IMG/VR virus record: IMGVR_UViG_3300024520_000050
Span: 114,401-178,400 of that record
From: a virus
Reading direction: 5' to 3' (one strand)
DNA: 64,000 nt
In this document: in pieces, positions 58,066 to 64,000 of the stretch
Layout of the letters: each line of letters begins with the position of its first letter
Position numbering within the stretch: the first letter of the stretch is position 1
Made by a program: the position numbers and the translations under genes
The notes under the pieces: model-generated
Seen by the model: the letters and a program-made list of their open reading frames with translations, nothing else
Databases searched by the model: none
Told to the model about the DNA's origin: nothing

Positions 58066-58549
58066 CTTTAAGTTGATTTAATCCATAAATTAATCCTTCT
58101 TCAAAGGCTTCTTCATATGTGTAAGTTAATTTATAATAATCCCATTTCTTTTCAAGTGAACCTAATTCTTTACTAACAAACCAATTATCATCTTTAATAG
58201 TAAATCTTTTACTATCTTTTCCATTTATATACAATATACGTGAATTTAAAATATCAAAATTTAGTAATAATGATATTTCTAATTTTTGACTTCTCAACCA
58301 ATCTTGTAATTCTCCTTGTAATGGGGCAGCTATAAAATCTGCATCTGGATGATGAGAATTATACTTATATTTAATAGCTCTTTTATCATCAGGAAGAACA
58401 TCATAGAAAGTTTCATTTATATCTTCAAAATTGTCAAATAATATTCTTTCTTTATATGCTGATGGATAGTAATATCCTTCTGTAGCTTCATCAAAACCAA
58501 CTTCTTTTGCTAATTTAGCTGTATCATAATTTATTATATCCATTTTCAA
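58031..58549 (-). CDS. Hypothetical protein, tandem paralog 3
   Basis: AKLAKEVGFDE, APLQGELQDWLR, TYEEAFEEGL. Confidence 0.65.
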   Translation of the reverse strand: MKMDIINYDTAKLAKEVGFDEATEGYYYPSAYKERILFDNFEDINETFYDVLPDDKRAIKYKYNSHHPDADFIAAPLQGELQDWLRSQKLEISLLLNFDILNSRILYINGKDSKRFTIKDDNWFVSKELGSLEKKWDYYKLTYTYEEAFEEGLIYGLNQLKDGNNDSDSENS

Positions 58550-59001
58550 ATAATATTTAATTGTTTTAATACTTTCTTCAATTCACTCTTATTTTTAGGG
58601 TTTCCTTCGAATAATATACTTTGTTCTGTACTATCTAATTCAACTCCTCTATGACCTCTAATGGTAACATAAGGAAAAGAGTGCCATAATCTTAAACTAA
58701 CCATCGTCCAACAAGGTAATTCTCCAGAAACATCAGTTTTCTTAAACCGCCAAACTCCTTCATCTGTAAAGTTAAAACTTTCAATATCTTCTCTATCTAA
58801 GTATTTAACTCTAATCATCTCATTTTCTATGTCTTCTTCAATATGCTCTAAATCATCTATTTTATCTACAGTATAATTATGCCATTCTGTTTCTCCAAAT
58901 TGCGGATGTCTAGGATGAACAATAGCATATTCCAGCTCATATTCAAATCCTACATGAAATTCTTCAATTGTAGGTTCGTAGTATTTAGTTTGCATATTCA
59001 T
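58546..59001 (-). CDS. Hypothetical phage protein
   Basis: YYEPTIEEFHVGFEYE, RVKYLDREDIES, KNKSELKKVLKQL. Confidence 0.6.
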   Translation of the reverse strand: MNMQTKYYEPTIEEFHVGFEYELEYAIVHPRHPQFGETEWHNYTVDKIDDLEHIEEDIENEMIRVKYLDREDIESFNFTDEGVWRFKKTDVSGELPCWTMVSLRLWHSFPYVTIRGHRGVELDSTEQSILFEGNPKNKSELKKVLKQLNII

Positions 59002-59189
59002 TTACTTCTTTTGACCAGCAATTATTCTTCTTTCTATCTAGATTCCTTACCTTTATTTCATTTTCAATATCTTCTTTTATAGTAATAAGATTAGTTCCTG
59101 TTACTCTAAAAGAATCATCAATATCATCAATTGTATAGTTAACTTCAAATGTTCTCATAATAATTAGTTTAATGTTAATAAAAATATTG

Positions 59190-59261
59190 TTGGCCTACAA
59201 GGACTCGAACCTTGAATGACTACACCAAAAGCAGTTGTGTTACCAATTACACCATAGGCCA
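59190..59261 (-). tRNA. trnQ: tRNA-Gln(TTG)
   Basis: ACTGC-TTTTGGT-GTAGT; U1-A72. Confidence 0.9.
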
Positions 59262-59274
59262 ATCTGTAAGTATA

Positions 59275-59649
59275 TTACTTACTAAACCAAACAACATGCG
59301 TACATGTATCTGGTATATTATTTAAAAATTCTTGAGAATGATTCCACTGATGAAGACAAATCTCTATTTCTTTATTATATCTAATATCATCAAACATATC
59401 AATTGCAGGATAAGCAGCAATTTGATTAGGGCCAATTTTATTAGCTAAAACCCAAGTTTTAAACTCATTGAGAGGTTTAATATTACATTCCCAATCTGCA
59501 TCAATATTATATACATGCCATAAATTAGCATCAATAATAGCTTCTGCAGTCATGTGACCATAAGCTACAGCAAGATCTTCTTGCTCATTGAGATAACGTT
59601 TTATCTCAGTTATTGTAAATGTTGTTTGACTCATTTTATTTGTTTTATT
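59275..59649 (-). CDS. Hypothetical protein
   Basis: Likely start MNKTNKMSQ within track ORF 59275..59730. Confidence 0.45.
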   Translation of the reverse strand, partial: NKTNKMSQTTFTITEIKRYLNEQEDLAVAYGHMTAEAIIDANLWHVYNIDADWECNIKPLNEFKTWVLANKIGPNQIAAYPAIDMFDDIRYNKEIEICLHQWNHSQEFLNNIPDTCTHVVWFSK

Positions 59650-60135
59650 CATTATTATTGTAATTATCAAATCTATCAAATTCTTCCGCAAATGTTCTCC
59701 AATCACAATATAAAGTTGCTGCAAATGCACATAAGGTTAATACAATAAGTGCCATGCCAACTCCACCTAATCCAGGTAACCATGAATCCATTGTATTGCA
59801 AATATTATTTCCTTGGGAACCTAGTATAAAAGATACTAGAATTATAATGTTATATTTCATTTTTTATGTTTTTTAATTTGATAATTATAATGATTTATGC
59901 TTAAATATACAACTTTATGTTGAATAATGTGCAATAAGTACGTCAAGTGATGACTTTTCTAAGCTATTTCCACATATTGGACAGTAGTTGATTTTAATCT
60001 CTTCGCTATATCCATCTACAGGTAATGTATCCAATATAGTCTCTTTGAAACTATGTCGTAAAAATAATTTATCCTTATTTATTGTTAGATAAGCTGATTG
60101 GCTTAAATCTTTTCCTTCTTTACAATATTCACACA

Positions 60136-60384
60136 TTATTCTAATATTTTTACCTCTTTAATATACCAATCTTGGTTATCGTCCCATTTATATCGTTTAC
60201 TATAATCAGGATCTCTAGCTTTCCAATATGCTACACTCTCATCGTATTCTCCTTTAACTTCCATTTTGTGTAATTCAATTGCTTTTGCAGCACCTTCTTT
60301 AGTCCAATGTAAGCTTAATGTAGCATAACTACTTTCGTGGATCATTCCGTTATATAATGCTTTATATACTATATCATTCTTCAT
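60136..60384 (-). CDS. Hypothetical protein, paralog of 54164-54442
   Basis: See paralog. Confidence 0.55.
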   Translation of the reverse strand: MKNDIVYKALYNGMIHESSYATLSLHWTKEGAAKAIELHKMEVKGEYDESVAYWKARDPDYSKRYKWDDNQDWYIKEVKILE

Positions 60385-60671
60385 TGTCTTCTATTTAATT
60401 CATTGTTAAATATATTCAACCATTTTACTTTACCACCTAAATAACCATTTGGTATTTTAGTTCTACTATTGCCATTCAAACAATTAATACAATTACTAAT
60501 GTGAGATGATGTCATTTTATTGACTGATATTTGTTGTCTTTTAGCTGTAACCCAAATGTGATTCTCAATTAAACTTTTGAATTCAATTTGTAAATAATCT
60601 AAAACATGAGTTTCAGGTTTCATCCAATCTTCTATTCGTATTTCATCTATACGAGGTATTTCTATTGTCAT
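60381..60671 (-). CDS. Hypothetical phage protein
   Basis: W.T.....I....M...H..N.I..L motif. Confidence 0.55.
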   Translation of the reverse strand: MTIEIPRIDEIRIEDWMKPETHVLDYLQIEFKSLIENHIWVTAKRQQISVNKMTSSHISNCINCLNGNSRTKIPNGYLGGKVKWLNIFNNELNRRQ

Positions 60672-60929
60672 ATTCCTATTCTTTGATTCCCTTCAACAAC
60701 CGCAACAGCTCCTCCAGGTATTTGTTCTAAAATCTTTGTTATCCAAGTAGCATCACAATAACTTGTAATATTATTATCAATACGTCTATAAGTGATTAAT
60801 TTAGACCAAGTTCCTGTACTAAGATTAAAACTATTATCTGAAACACGGACAACCATAGCTTTAAATGATTCTTTTTCGCTAAATTTAAAATGGATAATTA
60901 CAACATCTCCTTTTTTTGGTATTTTCATA

Positions 60930-61367
60930 TTATATGGTTTGTAGATGATGTAATCTTTTTAAATTATCATCAGTTAGATATTGTTCTGCTTCTTTTGGAA
61001 AGTACTTAATTTGATGCATATCATTTTCCCATCCTTCGAAACATTTTTCAATAAATACATTTAAGAATTCTGCCAATATATATTTATCTTCGATATCGTC
61101 AATTATATTTACTAATTCTAATTGACCTGGGCGAAGGCGTCCAAAACGCATCATTGTTATTAAATTTCTAACAGGTATAGAAGCACTTAGAACACGTCTT
61201 GATACTTTCATTTCAAGTTGCTTAATTACTTCTGATTCTTCTTTTGTTTTAATACTATTCAAGTGCACATCACAAATTTTATTAAATGCATCTCTTTGAT
61301 TATCAGTATAAGAATCATACAAACCAGAAGCTTTAAATACTCTAAATATTGTTTTTAATAAACTCAT
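60930..61367 (-). CDS. Hypothetical protein
   Basis: ORF in operon. Confidence 0.5.
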   Translation of the reverse strand: MSLLKTIFRVFKASGLYDSYTDNQRDAFNKICDVHLNSIKTKEESEVIKQLEMKVSRRVLSASIPVRNLITMMRFGRLRPGQLELVNIIDDIEDKYILAEFLNVFIEKCFEGWENDMHQIKYFPKEAEQYLTDDNLKRLHHLQTI

Positions 61368-61629
61368 GGTTCGTTTTTATGTCGTTTTACAATTACATTA
61401 ACACCATCATAACCTGTTTCCTTGGTATACTTCTTCTTAATACGTTGTTGAGTTGACCAATATGCTTTCCAATATGATGGTTCATTGGATACTTCTTCTA
61501 TATATAATGGATTCTTCTTTGCTTTAGGAATAAATACCATTGCTAAAAATTTAAACATATCATTTAAGTTTTAGGATTAAAAAATACTTGCGGTTCGGAT
61601 TATCAGATTCCAACCCCGCAAGTCACTAA

Positions 61630-62148
61630 TTATATTTTTATAACTTTAGGATAAATCTTATACCAAGTAAATGCCCAATGAAGAGTCATATCACTACGGT
61701 AATCATTACCATATACTTTCTTTAAATAAACATCATCAGCATGATAACCATATTGAATCATATAACCATCAACTATGCTAGCATGTGTTGTAACTCCCCA
61801 ATGTGGATTATGAAATGTACATTTATATATGTATTCATTTTTACTTACCTTTTGAAATGAAGCTGTAAATGCTTCAGTAGGATAATCATTAACTGGTCTT
61901 ACAACATATTTACTACCTTGACGAGAAATCATCCATTCAGAATACTTCTCTTCTGTCTCAGTATATGTATTACCATCATAAGTAAGTGTGCGGGTAACAG
62001 CTAATGACCAGATACCTTCAATATCATCTAAATTTTTAGACATATCAAAGTAATCAATTTCATCCATTATTTCGTTGTCTGTCATGATCGATTGACCATA
62101 ACTCATGCTGATTAGCATGGTGAATAATAACATTAATAAATTTTTCAT
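61630..62148 (-). CDS. Putative secreted/periplasmic protein
   Basis: Signal peptide MKNLLMLLFTMLISMSYG-Q; DDIEGIW. Confidence 0.65.
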   Translation of the reverse strand: MKNLLMLLFTMLISMSYGQSIMTDNEIMDEIDYFDMSKNLDDIEGIWSLAVTRTLTYDGNTYTETEEKYSEWMISRQGSKYVVRPVNDYPTEAFTASFQKVSKNEYIYKCTFHNPHWGVTTHASIVDGYMIQYGYHADDVYLKKVYGNDYRSDMTLHWAFTWYKIYPKVIKI

Positions 62149-62237
62149 GATTTGTTATTTTAATTGTTAATAATTAAATTTATAAATAGATTCTGCAGGG
62201 CTGTCTACCTTCATCGGTGCATGATCATGCTTCGAAT

Positions 62238-63173
62238 CTATATTTGCAGTTGTTTAACTAGTTTATACGTATGTTTTGGGTCTAGTTGTTTCATTATACT
62301 ATAACTAATATCCGCACAAGGAAGTGTAAGATGAACCACTTTAGTCTGAACATCTTTACATTTTGTAATATTATATATTACAACAGCATAATCAAAAGCT
62401 TTATGTACAAACTGTATAATAAATAAATCATCTGTACCATCATCACGTGTATAAACTACATTAGTAGGATAATCAGGCGTTAATGCTTTAATCTTTGCTT
62501 TAAGTTTCTTTATTTCTTCAAAGCACTTCTTACCTCTTTCTTTACATCTAAGTGATTCATTAGCATATAATTCAGCATGTTCCTTCCAATCAGTTAATTT
62601 AATATTTTTACATCCAATTTCTAATTGTAACTTTTCTAATTCTGTTAGTTTATTTGGCATAATCATTTCATTTTGTAAGTAATTAATTTCATAATCTATA
62701 ACTTTTAATATCGATTCTATAAATCCAGCATTAAACATAGATTTACCCATTTTAGGTATTCCTGGTATCGTAGATATTTTATGTTGAGTTCCGCCAAAAT
62801 CCATATTGAAGAGTATCATATCCTTCAAACTTTGTATTGGCATATGAAATGATGCATCAACATCATGATCTACACCTATCATAGAATCTTTATTGATTCC
62901 AATTAAATTGGGCATAGATGATTCCATTGGACTATGGTTTGTCCATTCAATTATCCTATAAACATTTGGAAGTACAACCCAATGATTATCAAAAACTTTT
63001 GTTATTAGCTCTTTTCCTGGTGATCTATTACATTGCATTTCATATAATATTGCACATTCAAATGGATCTACTTGAGGTGGGAATTTTATATCAAACATAA
63101 CTTCTCTAAACCACCAAAGGGATGGTTCTTGAAGAAGAATTAAATCACAATCAACATATGTTCTATCATTCAT
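62238..63173 (-). CDS. Hypothetical protein
   Basis: 311-aa ORF. Confidence 0.5.
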   Translation of the reverse strand: MNDRTYVDCDLILLQEPSLWWFREVMFDIKFPPQVDPFECAILYEMQCNRSPGKELITKVFDNHWVVLPNVYRIIEWTNHSPMESSMPNLIGINKDSMIGVDHDVDASFHMPIQSLKDMILFNMDFGGTQHKISTIPGIPKMGKSMFNAGFIESILKVIDYEINYLQNEMIMPNKLTELEKLQLEIGCKNIKLTDWKEHAELYANESLRCKERGKKCFEEIKKLKAKIKALTPDYPTNVVYTRDDGTDDLFIIQFVHKAFDYAVVIYNITKCKDVQTKVVHLTLPCADISYSIMKQLDPKHTYKLVKQLQI

Positions 63174-63336
63174 AATTTTTTAGTTTTAATTTTAGTGTGA
63201 GTTCTACTCTTTCTAAATCCATAATATTGCATAGATATAATCTGATGCATTTTACCTTTATGGGTAATAAAAGAATTTACACTATATTTATTAGCTTGTT
63301 TATTTGGAAGATATATAGTAGCCATGATTTTTTAGT

Positions 63337-63777
63337 TTAGTTTGATAATATTTCTTTAACAATAGTAGATGCTAATTTAGCATCAGCGTTAGGAAATTCA
63401 TCACGTACAAATTTCATTACTTTACCCATATCTTTCATGGACGTAGCTTCAAGATCAATAATGGCCCAATTGATTTGTTGACGCAAATCTTCTTCACTCA
63501 TTTGATCAGGTAAGAATTCATTAATAATATCAATTTCTTCCTTTTCAGGATCAGCTAAATCAAATCTAGATTGAGCAATATAAATATCAAATGAATCCTG
63601 ACGTTCTTTGACCATCTTCGAAAGTGCTTTCTCACGCATTTCTTCAGTTACTTGATTACCACTTGTAGCTAATAACATAAATTGTGCTTTGATAGCACGT
63701 AATGTACGTTTACGAGCAACATCTCCAGCTTTCATAGCATTGAGTAGCTCGGTATTAATTTTTATTGTTAAGTCCAT
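63337..63777 (-). CDS. GatB/YqeY domain protein
   Basis: AMKAGD....TLR.IKA, K.VKER.DS...Y....R.DLA..E..EI..I..FLP.Q.SEE.L, MKDMGKVM, DAKLAS..VK..L. Confidence 0.9.
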   Translation of the reverse strand: MDLTIKINTELLNAMKAGDVARKRTLRAIKAQFMLLATSGNQVTEEMREKALSKMVKERQDSFDIYIAQSRFDLADPEKEEIDIINEFLPDQMSEEDLRQQINWAIIDLEATSMKDMGKVMKFVRDEFPNADAKLASTIVKEILSN

Positions 63778-64000
63778 TGTCGTGTTAGGTTTAATATTTA
63801 TAGCTTTTAAATATTGTGTAATAAAATCAGCAGTTACTCGATATGTACATTGTAATAATGATTCTCCATGATTACAACAATCATCACATTCGATATTTAA
63901 TTCTTCATGTTTAATCCACATTGAACCATGAAAATCTAATAATTGTGCTGATAATTCTTTCATTGATTCAAGCTTTTCAAGAACTGGTATTAACCAATTC

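Noticed and set aside
1378-63871. Most plus-strand ORFs in the track (e.g. 1378, 2339, 3698, 14319, 28458, 50657, 63689)
   Set aside because: Antisense shadows of well-supported minus-strand genes, with no motifs. Only the two HNH remnants are credible plus-strand coding regions.
1-64000. Stop-codon reassignment (alternative genetic code)
   Set aside because: Long genes read through under code 11 and no CUA/UCA suppressor tRNA was found.
1-64000. CRISPR array or mini-array
   Set aside because: No regularly spaced direct repeats seen; recurring GGTTCGAATC-like strings are tRNA T arms.

Overview
AT-rich segment of a large lytic dsDNA phage genome. The host is probably Bacteroidota (inferred from TAnnTTTG-like promoter elements and A-rich, mostly Shine-Dalgarno-less starts). 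Nearly all real genes are on the minus strand and the standard code 11 reads cleanly. Region 1-20 kb is a replication/nucleotide module: dUTPase, HAD phosphatase, DUF5664 diphosphohydrolase, 5'-3' exonuclease, PD-(D/E)xK nuclease, ATP-dependent ligase, primase, SSB, RecT-like annealase, a DnaB-like helicase split in its Walker A motif by a group I intron carrying a LAGLIDADG gene, family B DNA polymerase and a DnaQ-like exonuclease. Region 20-35 kb is accessory: an AcrIII-1/DUF1874-like protein, a MoxR ATPase with a vWA/metallopeptidase partner, a BCS1-like ATPase, a phosphoesterase and many hypotheticals. Region 35.7-59.3 kb is a dispersed array of about 22 tRNA genes mixed with homing endonucleases (intact and broken), Thg1, a radical SAM pair, IF3, a GGQ-less release-factor-like mini protein, a second ligase and a cyclic-phosphate-processing receiver domain. 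The most striking signals are non-canonical tRNA-like RNAs clustered at 52.2-53.3 kb: a tRNA-Lys(UUU) gene whose anticodon is interrupted by a complete nested tRNA-like element, a tRNA-like RNA with a 14-bp anticodon arm, and a circularly permuted tRNA mimic with the hallmarks of a YrlA-type Y RNA. Many small minus-strand hypothetical ORFs are probably genuine but are not all listed. All calls come from manual reading; no searches or folding programs were run.
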